This document shows positions 11,291-24,896 of a DNA stretch of 64,000 bases, piece by piece. Position numbers and translations under genes: made by a program. The stretch lies in contig NW_025963835.1 in NCBI RefSeq assembly GCF_023055435.1, forward strand, positions 29,512,001-29,576,000, read 5' to 3'. Within the stretch, counting starts at the first letter, position 1. Each line of letters opens with the position of its first letter. Under the pieces are notes generated by a model, which saw only the letters and a list, made by a program, of their open reading frames with translations, was not told where the DNA came from and ran no database searches. This stretch comes from Haliotis rufescens (Eukaryota).

Positions 11291-11539
11291 ATGAGTGAGT
11301 TGGGTTTAACTCCGCTTTTAACAGTATTCCAGTTATATCGCGGCGTGTCAGCTTAATGTGGGAGAAAAGCCCGAAGTGATGGTCTCAGACGTTTACCACT
11401 TCGGTGAAACCCACGAGCACGGGTATGGTGCTGACAAACCTAGAAACATAATCGGGGCGAACCGGGATTCGAACCCCAAGGGCCGCGCTCTGCACAGCGA
11501 ATCGCGGCGCCTTAGACGACTGGGCCACCCGTGCCCCTT
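11291..11539 (-). mobile_element. SINE family A, copy lacking ~25 bp between the A and B boxes
   Basis: Near-identical to the other A copies; TSD ATGTATTGGA (11281-11290 / 11540-11549). Confidence 0.92.
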
Positions 11540-11717
11540 ATGTATTGGAGATAGAGGTGTTTCTGGCCCATGAATACTGTAAATGTAGCGTGCGAGGGGC
11601 CTTCGATGGTACATGTAGTTCATGGATCACAAATTCCTCAACCAAAGTCATTCTCTAACTTACCCTCCAGTTAGTCACCTTTGGTGGCCATGATTCAGGA
11701 TATATTTCAGTTAACAG

Positions 11718-11878
11718 TGAGTGAGTATGGTGTTACGCCGCTTTTAGCAATATTTCAGCAATATCACGGCGGGGGACACCAGAAATGGGCTTCACACATT
11801 GTACCCATGTCGGGAATCGAACTCGGGTCTTCGGCGTGACGAGCGAACGCTTTAACCCCTAGGCTACCCGACCGCCCG
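11718..11878 (-). mobile_element. SINE family C, full length (~160 bp, tRNA-Asp-like head)
   Basis: Head ...CGCTCGTCACGCCGAAGACCCGAGTTCGATTCCCGAC resembles the anticodon and T arms of tRNA-Asp(GTC); TSD TCAGTTAACAG (11707-11717 / 11879-11889). Confidence 0.9.
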
Positions 11879-12865
11879 TCAGTTAACAGAATTACAAAAA
11901 TGTTAAGTGCTCTTTAGGACCCCTCTTGAAGTAATTTGGGCCGTATTATTAACCTTAGCTAAAACAATTTTTCAAGTAAGTTTCCTAGGAACGATTCTTT
12001 TGATTAGAGACTCGTCACTTGCGACGATATTTTGCATATTGTTAATATGACAACTTGAATATGACGAACTCCAAGGGACCATGAACATCAGTTCGTTACT
12101 CGCGAAGCTAGAAAATCTGTCGGTCATATTGGATTGAATTAAGAATTAAGGACCAAAATATTTCAAATGTTTTCAGTCTGTTTGATTAATTGTAGTTTTT
12201 TGACTGGTGTCGGCCATAAACGTAGACAAATCAAAATGGGTGAAAAAAAGTGGAAGCGCGGTAGGACTGACATTGAGAATAACAAGCACTGAAGTGGTCA
12301 TCCATGCAGTGCACGGTGGGTGAGAGCCGCTTTAAGACTGTGTTTTTTAAAGGTTCATTTAGTGTAAACACATTTAATTCATTATGTTTGCATGTCAGTC
12401 AAGAATAGACCGCCGGGAGGATCATTTGCCTACACAATCACACATTAAAAAACACTAATCATGTTTATTTCGAACTGAAGCTTACTTAATACTGAGAACA
12501 TCAAATTAAAATATGTCTATTCACGTTAAGCCTTTACTTTGAAAATAATTTAAGTTCTGATGTAAATTATCTTGGTGTATGTGTTGAGAAGATCTATTAT
12601 GTTTATTGATATTTCAGTTCGAAACTGAGAACATCCACTTATCTGTAACCATGGCGACCATAAATGCCATACTGTGAATACGTCAATGTTAATGTTTCAT
12701 CAAAATTGGTGGCGGATGTTAAGTACAGTCGATAGAGGCCTTGGAAATGAGAAGGAAAACAACTTAGGTTCGATTGTCTCCATCGCGAAACATTTGCAGT
12801 CGATTAAAGTGTTCGTCATTATATAACAAGTTAACCGTCACTGTGCCTGTGGTTGCCACGCACAG

Positions 12866-13080
12866 GTTTGTTTGATTGTTGTTTTACGCCGCAATATTCC
12901 ACCTATATGACGGCGGTCTGTAAATAAATCTAGTGATTGACAACATGACCACCGATCTACGCAATTGAGATACGATGACATGCATCTACCAAATCAGCAA
13001 GCCTGACCACCCGATCCCGTTAGTCGCCTCTTACGACAAGCATGGGTTGCTGAATATTCTAAACGGGATCTTCGCGGGTC
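12866..13080 (-). mobile_element. Family B copy (single-hairpin type)
   Basis: CCTGACCACCCGATCCCGTTAGTCGCCTCTTACGACAAGCATGGGTTGCTG...CTTCGCGGGTC. Confidence 0.85.
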
Positions 13081-16000
13081 GCGTGCACAGTTAGTTCAGT
13101 TATCTGAAATAGCATCTGAATCACAGCTAAAGGGGGCAACCAGATTGTACGTGTAGCGGGCCAAACATTTCCAACTACCGTGATGGGATTCGAAACACGG
13201 ACCTTATGAATTGGGGTCGGAAGTCTCGTCCACATGACCAAAGAGGTTAACCCCGTCAGCAAGCTGACAAGGGAAGGATGTCATCTGTGGGATGACTCCA
13301 CGCTCCGCCACATTCGCATGGGTACATTCCGTGTGGTATGGCTAATTCCGAGTTAGAGCTCGTTATATGACGAACTTCAATTTTATCTGTTTTTGTTTAC
13401 CTACAAGCTATTTTGACAACTGTTAATATCCAAGATAAGAACATGTCTTGTGCTGTATTGTATTGCGTGGATCGTTGTTCATGCTTTCAGCCACTGGTTT
13501 GCCTTGTCAACGCGGAATTATTTACAGGCAGTCATGACGTACCTTTCATAGACCTAATAATCGAGACTGGGTATTCTCCGGTTTTGGCGTTTTATATTTA
13601 TCTGTTTCCGAAAATTCCGGAATTTTCTTTTTTGACGTTTTAAAAATAATTTTGTATAAACAAAGAAAGTTTAGCGCCTCATTTTAGTGCCTGTCTTGAA
13701 GCGTTGACTCTCAAAGACGTTCACCATTATGGTGGAACCAACGACCATGGGTAGGTGCAGACAAAACTTGAACCATAAACAGGGCGAAATGCAGATTCGG
13801 ATCATGACCTTTTGTTTCTTGAACGTCTAAGGGAGGCAACTCTCGGTAGCGAATGGCTCGACGCCTCAGATGACTGGACACGGTGTCCTCTTATTAAGAA
13901 AACTCTTCCAACCAATTGATTATTTCCTCCTCAGTGAATATTGGATGAATATATATATCATATGTGGGGCATAGCCTCGAGTCAGTTCTGAGACTGCATT
14001 ATCGGGGGATATTACAACCGCTGCATTAACCAACGCTTCAATGATTGCATTCTGTTTGAAAAACGTCACTTTTTAATACGGCTGACAACAGGTCACTCTT
14101 TGTTCAGTGAAGTGATTATAAAGATGAATATGGATGAGCTGAGAGATGTGCCTGAATTGACAAGTATGTACAACAATAAATCATTATATACAATATCGCT
14201 GTTAATATTAATATTAATTTTAAATGATGACCAAACAATACCTTTGATTATTGCTCTGAGAAATTATAACCCGTGTTATATTGCTTTATATTGCAATATA
14301 GTTATATCATATGACAGATTATACACTAGCTTATCACCCTTGCCACGCTGCAGTCCACACTGGGCAGATCGATGGCGTACTGTATCAGAGCATTGCACAG
14401 AATCGCTAAGTTGCAGAATGGAAGCAATGAGATCGGCGGCCTTGTTCTTGGAGAAAATCTGCTATCGGTGGCACTATAATGACAGAATTAGGCCATCAAG
14501 TCAAAGCATGCACCTGATTAAAGATCTATAGCTACTCCACGACCAAATAAATAGAAGTCAACGTACGTTTTAGCACCTGCTACTCACATACGCCTCATAA
14601 AACCAATACACTTGCATTAAGCCTATCCCAAAATACCTTATTGAATCGTCATTCATAACAGTACATAAGAATGCCTGTTGTCAAAACAGACGAAAAAGAG
14701 TGAGAGGTCGCTGAAGATCGTTCTTCTCAATTATGCAGCAGAGAATATACCTCGACCAGCCTTAACAAATCATGCATGTAATGTCACCTATTATAGGACG
14801 TGTCATCTTAGATCTTGTTCCCTGTATTCGCAGAGGGTCTTCCATTTTTGTAACCAAACCATTCACTCTCAAAAAGTGCAGTTAACCGAGCCCTACTTGA
14901 CGGTCTATTGTTGGGAGCCCTGCCATAGCTATAGTACGGAACAGATCTAGTCCTAGAATGAACTGCGGCGCTGTCGATCGCCTACAGCAGGCTGATCATT
15001 GAACTAGAAGCTTTCAAGGCAGATTGAAACATGCATGTTTTATTACTGGGGTAGTGAGCGCTGGTCACCTGCGTGTGGAGCCGTATTTGATCAAGCAGGA
15101 AAGGTATGTTATCAGCGTCAATATTACATTTTTAAAAAAAAAATATATTGTTTTTTGATACCTGCTTTTTACATTAATCCTGCCTGGTTAAGGCAACGGG
15201 TGTCTTCAGAGTATTGGTTGGGTATTACTTTACAGTGTTATTAACTTTTCACACGTCGGTGTGAATAATGTGAAAAAATATATTTTACGCCTCGCATCAT
15301 CTATTTGTTTTATTGTGTTGGTGTCAGTAAATATAACACGTTGATTTATTATGTCACAGTGTAATGTCTGCGCTTTTCAATTTAGACATTACGAGGTGTT
15401 TTGTTTGTTTTCCTTTTGACAGCGGTTGTGTATTATCGTGTGATGGATATTATGAGCAATGGTCCACGCTGTCGTAAGTCGCAAGTAGGTCACCGAGTCT
15501 GACCACACCATCCATTAGGTCGCTTAGGACCTTTACCCCATATGACCCCTGGGGAACTTTTAAGCAATGATTTGCAATTTAAGTGTTTGAGGTAGGGAGC
15601 TCATCCAGCATGTTATCAGAACCGTCTTCTCAATGGTGATTAACGCTTCATCATTTAGTAAACACATCGGGTATAGTCCCTGTCATCTGGTCTACTTGTT
15701 GTATGCAGGCTGAATAATAAAGCACTGAAAAAGGGAAACCTTTCAGCATGCATAACAGGCAGTCTGTGTTACGTTGATGTGATGCGTGTGCATGCAGTGC
15801 GGACTGAGTTTTCTGAAGTTGAGAAAAGTGATATTTTCATGTCAGAGAAGAAAACACTTGAAATTTAACTGCAGTGAACATTTTTTAACACTTTGACGGA
15901 ACTATTGTCATAAGAGCTAGCTGGCCTCTCCCACAAATTATACCAATTCTTGTTGTTTGTTATTCTCTTGAACATGTTTCGTTTATAAACTGTATTTGTC

Positions 16001-16411
16001 TCTTTTAACACGGGAATCGAGCATAGCGCCATTTTTTTTTACTTGACCAGCGTGTGTTCCTTCGCTTCCAAAAGCGGTCTCGTAGCTTTCAAGAATATAT
16101 TTTAAAGTTGATTTTGTAAATAAAAATAATAATAATATCCAAACGTATGATAAAGAATTTTAGTCACGTCAAATATTATTTATTACTTATTTTAAATATT
16201 TTGCAAATTCGGAACTACTTTTNNNNNNNNNNNNNNNNNNNNNNNNNNNNNNNNNNNNNNNNNNNNNNNNNNNNNNNNNNNNNNNNNNNNNNNNNNNNNN
16301 NNNNNNNNNNNNNNNNNNNNNNNNNNNNNNNNNNNNNNNNNNNNNNNNNNNNNNNNNNNNNNNNNNNTGTGTGCATGGCGTATTTGTATATATAAAATAG
16401 CTGCATGTATG

Positions 16412-16515
16412 TGATGTGTGTGTGTGTGTGTGTGTGTGTGGTGTATTGGTTGTTGTGGTGTGGTGTGGTGTGGTGTGGTTTGTGTGTCTGTGGTGTGTCT
16501 GCGGTGTGTCTGTGA
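16412..16515. repeat. (TG)n/(GTGTG)n microsatellite
   Basis: Directly visible next to a gap. Confidence 0.9.
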
Positions 16516-16744
16516 TGTCAAGTAAAAGCCATGTACTCCTGCAACAATCAGACTTCCTAGTGGCAGGAAATAGGTCGCGTGGTTATGCACACATGTAGCG
16601 TGTAGTACCATAGTGTGACATTCACTTATAAAGGGCTGTGTAAACACCAGGCCAGCTGAAGTCGAGTGCAGCCACCGGCAGTGTGGGGTGATGGAGGGCA
16701 AGTCTCGTATAACACCTTTCCTATATACCTTGTTGACTTGCATA

Positions 16745-18438
16745 ACTAAAACACCAGTCCAGTATGTCTAGTTGGTTACTGAAACACAGGCTCTAAATAT
16801 GTGGCTGATGTGTATGATTGAAATACCGGTTCTACGTTTCTAGTCGATATGTGTAACTGAAACACTGGTTCTGTGTAACTAGTCCGTGTGTGTAACTGAA
16901 ACACTGGTTCTATGTATCTAGTCCATGTGTGTAACTGAAACACTGGTTCTATGTATCTAGTCCATGTGTGTAACTGAAACACTGGTTCTATGTGTCTAGT
17001 CGATGTGTGTAACTGAAACACTAGTTCTATGTATCTAGTCGATATGTGTAACTGAAACACTGGTTATATGTGTCTAGTCGATATGTGTAACTGAAACACT
17101 AGTTCTATGTATCTAGTCGATGTGTGTAACTGAAACACTAGTTCTATGTATCTAGTCGATGTGTGTAACTGAAACACTAGTTCTATGTATCTAGTCGATG
17201 TTTGTAACTGAAACAAAGGGTACTATGTATCTAGTCGATGTGTGTAACTGAAACACTAGCTCTATGTATCTAGTCGATGTGTGTAACTGAAACACTGGTT
17301 CTATGTGTCTAGTCGATGTGTGTAACTGAAACACTAGTTCTATGTATCTAGTCGATGTGTGTAACTGAAACACTGGTTCTATGTATCTAGTCGATGTGTG
17401 TAACTGAAACAAAGGGTTCTATGTGTCTAGTCGATGTGTGTAACTGAAACACTGGTTCTATGTATCTAGTCGATGTGTGTAACTGAAACACTAGCTCTAT
17501 GTATCTAGTCGATGTGTGTAACTGAAACACTGGTTCTATGTGTCTAGTCGATGTGTGTAACTGAAACACTGGTTCTATGTGTCTAGTCGATGTGTGTAAC
17601 TGAAACAAAGGGTTCTATGTATCTAGTCGATGTGTGTAACTGAAACAAAGGGTTCTATGTGTCTAGTCGATGTGTGTAACTGAAACACTGGTTCTATGTA
17701 TCTAGTCGATGTGTGTAACTGAAACACTGGTTCTATGTATCTAGTCGATGTGTGTAACTGAAACACTGGTTCTATGTGTCTAGTCGATGTGTGTAACTGA
17801 AACATTGGTTCTATGTGTCTAGTCGATGTGTGTAACTGAAACAAAGGGTTCTATGTGTCTAGTCGATGTGTGTAACTGAAACACTAGTTCTATGTATCTA
17901 GTCGATGTGTGTAACTGAAACACTGGTTCTATGTATCTAGTCGATGTGTGTAACTGAAACACTGGTTCTATGTATCTAGTCGATGTGTGTAACTGAAACA
18001 CTGGTTCTATGTATCTAGTCGATGTGTGTAACTGAAACACTAGTTCTATGTATCTAGTCGATGTGTGTAACTGAAACACTGGTTCTATGTGTCTAGTCGA
18101 TGAATGTAACTGAAACACTGGTTCTATGTGTCTAGTCGATGTGTGTAACTGAAACACTGGTTCTATGTATCTAGTCGATGTGTGTAACTGAAACACTGGT
18201 TCTATGTATCTAGTCGATGTGTGTAACTGAAACACTGGTTCTATGTATATAGTCGATGTGTGTAACTGAAACACTGGTTCTATGTGTCTAGTCGATGTGT
18301 GTAACTGAAACATTGGTTCTATGTATATAGTCGATGTGTGTAACTGAAACACTGGTTCTATGTGTCTAGTCGATGTGTGTAACTGAAACACTGGTTCTAT
18401 GTATCTAGTCGATGTGTGTAACTGAAACACTGGTTCTC
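16745..18438. repeat. Minisatellite, 39-bp unit GTAACTGAAACACTGGTTCTATGTATCTAGTCGATGTGT (~43 copies; occasional 40-bp variant)
   Basis: Directly visible. Confidence 0.97.
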
Positions 18439-18466
18439 TATGCCACTATGAAGAGAGAGGCAGTAC

Positions 18467-18608
18467 AGTTTAAGCGTGGCGAAGACAGCCATGAAGACAG
18501 CCCCAGTCATGTGAAGGCATGCACGTCAGCAACATAGTTTAAGCGTGGCGAAGACAGCCATGAAGACAGCCCCAGTCATGTGAAGGCATGCACGTCAGCA
18601 ACATAGTT
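18467..18608. repeat. Perfect 69-bp tandem duplication
   Basis: TAAGCGTGGCGAAGACAGCC... at 18471 and 18540. Confidence 0.95.
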
Positions 18609-19526
18609 GAGTAAGAGTCAAACACAATGAGGTGCACAATCTTTTGGGCCTCCTGGCCACATGTCAAGGTCAGCTACCCGTGAACATCTAAGCCCTGCCT
18701 GAACACCGAGGTAAAAGATCTAGTAACGACAAACTCCCATGGTACAACTGCATTGAAGTCTAACGCACTGTACATCACGTGTCTGCCTTCAGTGAACAAA
18801 GCTAGTGTATAAAAGATGAGTGTTGGCAAAGCGTTGAGCTGGCCACGCTCTGAATATTTTATAGACACATTATTAAATATGTATCCAGGTGGAAACGTAA
18901 CACAATCAATGGCGAAATAAACAAACTAATTGCATAACAAAAGCCTAGTTATATCCGAGTGGAGTGATTGATGAAGCAAATGGTGCGTTAATCACTCCAA
19001 ATCGCTTCACTGTGAAGCAGTATTATTTTAATTTATGAAACATAGTGGGTGGAACACTGATGGTTGACAGCGCTTACTGAAATCAGGCAGAGGTTTCTAC
19101 CAACCTGACAACGCTGGACGATCATTTACACTGAATAAATGCGCCTAAAGGACCCCCGCGATAAATCACTAAGATCAAGATGAAATAATAATGCGAATAG
19201 ATTTGATAGTGTTCTTAACCTGAGAATTATCCACTATATGGAAGCCCAGTGTCAGTGTACATCAAAGATAACCGTTCAGAGGTGACGAGGGGTCTTTTTC
19301 TAGTATGTTGATAGGCGACCGCATGGGGAGGGGACTGTGGACACAGCTCTGGAGTCCTTGTAAACAGATACTTGCCAGCAGGGGGTGGATGGTGAAGAGG
19401 AAGGGGTATATTGGGATGTGGGAGAGTGAAGGAATCATTGAATAGGATCGAGAAATCGGATTATGATAGGAAGAGAGCAGAGAAAATTGATGGATGTCAA
19501 CTTCAATATTATGAGGAACACAATGT

Positions 19527-19712
19527 GTCATCACTAGTACATGTTTTACTAGATCGTCAATAGTACATGTTTTACTAGATCGTCAATAGTACATGTTTTA
19601 ATATGTCGTCACTACTACATGTTTTACTTGGTGGTCACTAGTACATGTTTTACTTGGTCATCACAAGTACGTGTTTTACTGGATCGTTACCAGTGCAAGT
19701 TTTACTTGGTCG
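19527..19712. repeat. Minisatellite, 26-bp unit (TAGTACATGTTTTACTAGATCGTCAA), ~7 copies
   Basis: Directly visible. Confidence 0.9.
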
Positions 19713-20199
19713 TAAGTATAGCTCCCAATAGCACGTACAAACGGCAGAGGAGAAAATAGGTAAAACTTAACAATCAGTTGTGAATTTGTTTTGCAGCTTC
19801 CTACATAAAGAGGGAGTCTAGCTCGGCAGCATGCCTCTTAAGCAATCGGATCCAATCGGCTTGTTCCGCTTCCTACATTATACCCCGGGCCGCAGTGGAG
19901 TAGTAATATTGCAATAAATAACTGTAGACCGTATAACGCCAGATTCCGCCGCATATAGTTCTCATAACATGGCGTTTATTTTTGAAGACTCGTTATTCTG
20001 TGCGTAACAGCGATTAGCACTACACTTTGATTTGAAGACTAAAGCATACGGAAACAACTTGAAGCGTTAAAAAAGAATTATTACCGAAGGTTTTGTTTTT
20101 TTAAACTATGCATTTTTATACCTAAGGTATCCGGGTACTAGTATCTGCTCAAATGCGGTTTTATTTCATCACCGACCAGTGGATCCGTTTGCATTTCAG

Positions 20200-20345
20200 T
20201 TATCATTCTCAACTTCCTGAGGACTATACCACCCAAGCTGCCCAGGTTCGCTTGAAGGTTTTTAGATCCACCTCACATATCGGGTACCCATTCCCTCCTG
20301 GGTGAACAGAGGCACATTTGAACATTGCCCAGGGTTACACCGCAA
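20200..20345 (-). mobile_element. CORE-type SINE remnant
   Basis: The - strand reads CCCTGGGCAATG...TGCCTCTGTTCACCCAGGAGGGAATGGGTACCCG, resembling the CORE-SINE central domain as recalled; single copy here. Confidence 0.45.
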
Positions 20346-20644
20346 GTTTCGGGTGTATGTACGTATTCGTGTTTCCGCCATCTGGTCATCTACCATCGGG
20401 CGAGTGGGTTCTTTTGAGTGCACAGGGTGAATACTGTACTCGACACTAGGGTTAGTGACAACACTGTAAGGACCTGTAAACATTGTTGGTCCCAGGGCTG
20501 AATAACAACCCGGTCACTAGCGGGATACAATCTCAGCTTGCTAGGATGGCGCTTTGGACCGCTTGCCAACTTGTATTGTGTCATTCTATGTGATAGTCAC
20601 GTGAACGAAACTAGATCCAAAATGGATTCCGGCCAGAGATGGTC

Positions 20645-21161
20645 CATCTTCCCGAGGCAAGAGAGTTAACTGACTTTAAAAGTCCAGTTTCCACCCTTAC
20701 CGAACTAGGCTGGAGTCCCTGGGCTCCATCGTAGCGCCACCAGTGGCTATTACGAGTTATGTCCTTTCTATCGTATCACTTGCACTTGCTTCAAACAAAA
20801 CGGTGGCGCCCAGTCAAGACGATCTGATCGATAATCAAGACCTATATTGTGATAAAACGAGTCTTACATCGCGAAGTGCATCGAATCACTTGTGCACCTT
20901 GATTAAAAACCTGAAAAGATTTAGAAAATATCTGTTAACAACGAGTTATATTAGCGTTGCACATGCTTTGCAAATCCTGCAGTCGACCGAAATCTCCATG
21001 ACACTTTACGAACCGGATTTCGATTTCGGTGCGCGATTTTGATTGGACTATGCAAAGACTCGTTAGTCCAGCCAAAATGCCACTCAATAATACCAGCCTA
21101 GTTCGGCAAGGGTGGAAATTGGACTCTTATAGTCAGTTAACTCACTTGCCTCGTGAAGATG
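20645..21161. mobile_element. MITE with ~69-bp TIRs and an exact TSD
   Basis: CATCTTCCCGAGGCAAG...GAACTAGGCTGG (20645-20713) is inverted at 21093-21161; both flanks read GAGATGGTC (20636-20644 / 21162-21170). Confidence 0.88.
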
Positions 21162-21697
21162 GAGATGGTCGAGGTCCCATGGGTCCGAGTCGAGCCGAGA
21201 GGGCTCTGTACGTCATAACCTCCTCCGAGCAGGAAGGGTGAACTGTGTGGAACTTGGTGCTCTCATCACAACGTCCAGTGCAGTGGTGTATACAAAGATC
21301 ATGTGTTGATGCTGGGCTGGCACGCGCGTCAATAAACAGCAACTGTTGTTATCCTTGATTTGATGATCCACTGGAAGCCAAGTGCAGTCTGGTCAATGTG
21401 ATGTACATGCACTGGTCCACTGTGGCATCTGTAAATACTATTTAATACATTATGAAGCGTAACAGATTTGTTTACACGCGTAACTGATACACATCACCGT
21501 CAATTAGTATAGAGTTATCAGTGCAATCTGTGCCGTTGCAAGCCTACCGATTGAATTGACTCAGTTTTTAAAGCTTTCATAATGAATTTGAGTTTTTTTC
21601 GTTGCCGTGACAATAAATTGTACTAAGTCATCTTAACGTAGTTATCCCGTCTGTGTGGACTCTCTGAATGTGTTTGATAGGAACTGTTGTTCATACA

Positions 21698-22060
21698 ACG
21701 GCGTTACTTGATAATGATACGCGGCATTACATCGAGGTATACATTGCACATCTCGCGGCGTTACAACGAGATATACAATATGCATCACGCGTCTCCACAG
21801 AAAGATACACATTTTACATAAAGTGGCGTTACTTCGAGATGTACATTCTACATAGCGTGGCGTTATATCGAGATATGAATTCTAAATCTCACGGCGTTAC
21901 ATCGAGATATACATTCTACATTATACATCACGTGTCTCCACATCAAGATACACATTCTACACAAAGTAGCGTTACTTCGAGATGTACATTCTACATAACA
22001 TGGCGTTATATCGAGATATAAATTCTACATTTCATGGCGTTACAACGAGATATAATTCTA
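21698..22060. repeat. Degenerate ~32-bp minisatellite (GGCGTTACATCGAGATATACATTCTACA...)
   Basis: Recurrent GGCGTTA...CGAGAT...ATTCTAC. Confidence 0.8.
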
Positions 22061-23115
22061 AAAAAATAATTCACAGGGCAACGTGGGGGTTCGAACCACC
22101 AGATCAGTCACACAAACAACAGGTAAAACCCGCCTCCAAACATAATCAAGCGTAGTGTTACAGTTCACATATATCCATGTCTTTGGCACATTGCCATGGG
22201 ACAGAATACCCTATAGCTATTTCAGATGATTGTCGCTTGATATGTGACATGCAAAGAAGTAATTTGTATTGTCTATTTGACATTAATTGTACACGTGGTA
22301 TATATTGTCTGAATGTAATTGAATCCATTACATTCCAAAGAAGACAAAAAATGAGGTTGCATTTTCATAACCCAGCAGGTGTCTGTTTGGCAATAAACAG
22401 TGGGTGAGAATTAAGAATATATTTGACTTCACAGCTGACCTTTGTCTTGTTCAAAGCCGAATGCATAAAATACGCCAGTTACTTCTCCGCAACAAGGAAC
22501 CTATTGATTTCCAATCTGCATCCTTTAGCAGTAAACAACTAACACTGAGAAAAGTTTCAAAGGGATGCTTGAACTATTACTCGTTTCTTCAGCTCCATTT
22601 TGGCATATATATCTTCATCTGGCAATACGCCATCATTGTTTATCCCGGTCCAACGAACCCGACTGTGTAGTAGACTCGCGTATATAACTATAAATTGCTA
22701 GAACACTTTTTAGAGATTCGTTGTATCCACTCCACAGTTGACAACTGTCCTCTTAAAGTTAAAGTATGAATGCATTCGTTTAATAGCCAGAGCAAACACG
22801 AAGACAATTCTACTTTTTGTGACCAGTATTGATAGTAATATGTATTATTTACTACAATCATCGGCATAACTGCGGTGCTTAGGAGTAGATGAATGTCCTG
22901 ACAATTCGCATCAAAGATACTTGTTTGTGCAATATTGGGATAATGGTTGATCCATTGTGTCCAACACGTCGCCAATATCGCAAGGAACGAGTCTAGTGAT
23001 GTTACGTTACCATGGCGACACGGAAGCATCGGTGCAATTATTGGTTCAACAGGTGACCCTGCTCTGCTAATAGTTAGTGTAATGACATGTCTGCTATAAT
23101 TGTATTCCTCTGGCA

Positions 23116-23368
23116 TTTAATGGGGATGTTTTATGTCCTGGCTTCCAACCCTGATTCCTGGACATGGGGTTGGAGTCAGCCACGGGTTACTGGCGAGGAA
23201 TGGATTTTTTAAAACTCATATTGTCACGTAATGGTACACCTATGCTATAGTCACGCATATGAGTGAAGGCCTGTGGGGGAACCACGTGGTTAAAGCGTTC
23301 AAAGAGTCGGGCTCGATTCCCCACATAGGTGCAACGTATGAAGCCCATTTCTATTGTCGCAGGTCTTG
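23116..23368 (+). repeat. Copy 1 of a ~240-bp dispersed direct duplication containing a decayed family C SINE
   Basis: Aligns with 25716-25949 from TTTAATGGGGATGTTTTATG to CATTTCTATTGTCGCAGGTCT. Confidence 0.85.
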
Positions 23369-24629
23369 ATACAAAACTCACTCAACTCACTCACCCTCTC
23401 ACTCACTCACTACAGCTAAGTGTTATCCCAACATTTACGATTCCCGACACAGGTGCAAATTATGGAGCACATTTCTTCTGTCGCAGGCTTTGATACAAAA
23501 ATTGCTGCACTCACTCACTCACCCACTCACTCACTCACTCACTCACTCACTCACTGCGTCTGACACAGTAATTTAAGTCTCATGCTAATATTTTGATTCC
23601 AACTCCTCTTCTGGACGATGTTGCATTGCGATAACGAACTCGCTCCCATTTGAAACATCATCCTGCATGTTTTCCACAGTCACCTCAATAACTCCACCAA
23701 AGCATCGCCATCATCACCACCATCACCGACATCACCATCACTTCAGTTACACAGAGGATGTTGTCCTCTCCGCCAGAAAACAGTTCAACATATGTCCATC
23801 GTCTTATAATCTTCATAAAACCGTTGACATCATTGCCTGTCTCACCTACACACCAACTCTACCACCACCTGCTATTTTACCCCGTGTATCTTGAGGGCCA
23901 CCCTCAGCGTACGCTTCAGTGGTCCGCTGCCAATATTGAATTTTACTTTGAAACATGTTGTACGATGATAGATAGCCTGCTCTGTAAAACCAATCTCACT
24001 TTTATTCATCACTGATCCCCCTCATCCCCAGCGTCCCCTCCATCACCAAATCCACATCATGACGTCTTTGCCTCGGGTAACGATTTCTCGCACAAACAAA
24101 TTCGCCCCCCCTAAAGTTTGATCTTTTATTATTTCCATTATTGGTATGGAATTATCAACTAAAATTCACACTGTCCACGTAACGATGATATAATGTGATT
24201 TTGTGCTAATTGATTTTACAATGTGTTCGGCGATCTAGTGTCGAGATTGGGTTTGGAGCATGCAAACCACACATGTGTTGGTCCGAACCCGCTGCGAATG
24301 GCGTTAACAAATAAAGGTGTTAAGCTGTTTTGACAACTAAACTACCAGAAACAACAAAGTATACACACATATGTGATGGTGGATAAAAAAGAAAGAAACA
24401 AACAAGAACTGTTTTTTCTATGTTGATGTATTTAATACGGATATAACAGGACGTTAAGTAGTGACTGTTTTCAGCCTGGTAACATTTTGATAACGTATAC
24501 CCGGGAGGCTTACCATATTTCATAGACTGTGTGACGTGGGGCAGTTAGAAACCAAGACATGCGTTGACCATGTGCAGCCTCACGCTTGTAACCTACCAGT
24601 TGTCGCACAGCTTGGACTGATGTGGATGT

Positions 24630-24896
24630 TAGTTGGTTGGTTTGTTGTTTAACGCCGCACTCACCAATATTCCAGCTATGTGACGGCGGTCTGTAAATAA
24701 TCAAGTCTGGACCAGACAATACAGTGATTAATATCATGAGCATCGATCCACGCAATTGGGATCGATGACATGCATCAACCACATTAGCGATCCTGACCAC
24801 CCGATCCCGTTATTCGCCTCTTACGACAAGCATAGTCGCCTTTTACGGCAAGCATGGGTTGCTGAAGACCTATTCTACCCCGGATCTTCACGGGTA
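24630..24896 (-). mobile_element. Family B, full length (double-hairpin type)
   Basis: TSD TGATGTG(G/A)ATGT (24618-24629 / 24897-24908). Confidence 0.9.

Noticed and set aside
11800-11878. tRNA genes (Asp-like and Leu/Ser-like heads)
   Set aside because: They continue into SINE bodies with TSDs and lack proper acceptor stems; they are SINE heads, not tRNA genes.
13170-13245. tRNA-like sequence on the - strand (TGGTCATGTGG...GTTTCGAATCCC)
   Set aside because: Too decayed and single-copy here to call; probably a SINE head remnant.
16745-18438. CRISPR-like regular arrays (also the 35-bp array at 1819-3925)
   Set aside because: Head-to-tail units without unique spacers, no cas genes, eukaryotic context.
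23667-23894. Poly-His ORF
   Set aside because: A short CAT/CAC low-complexity tract with no other coding signal.
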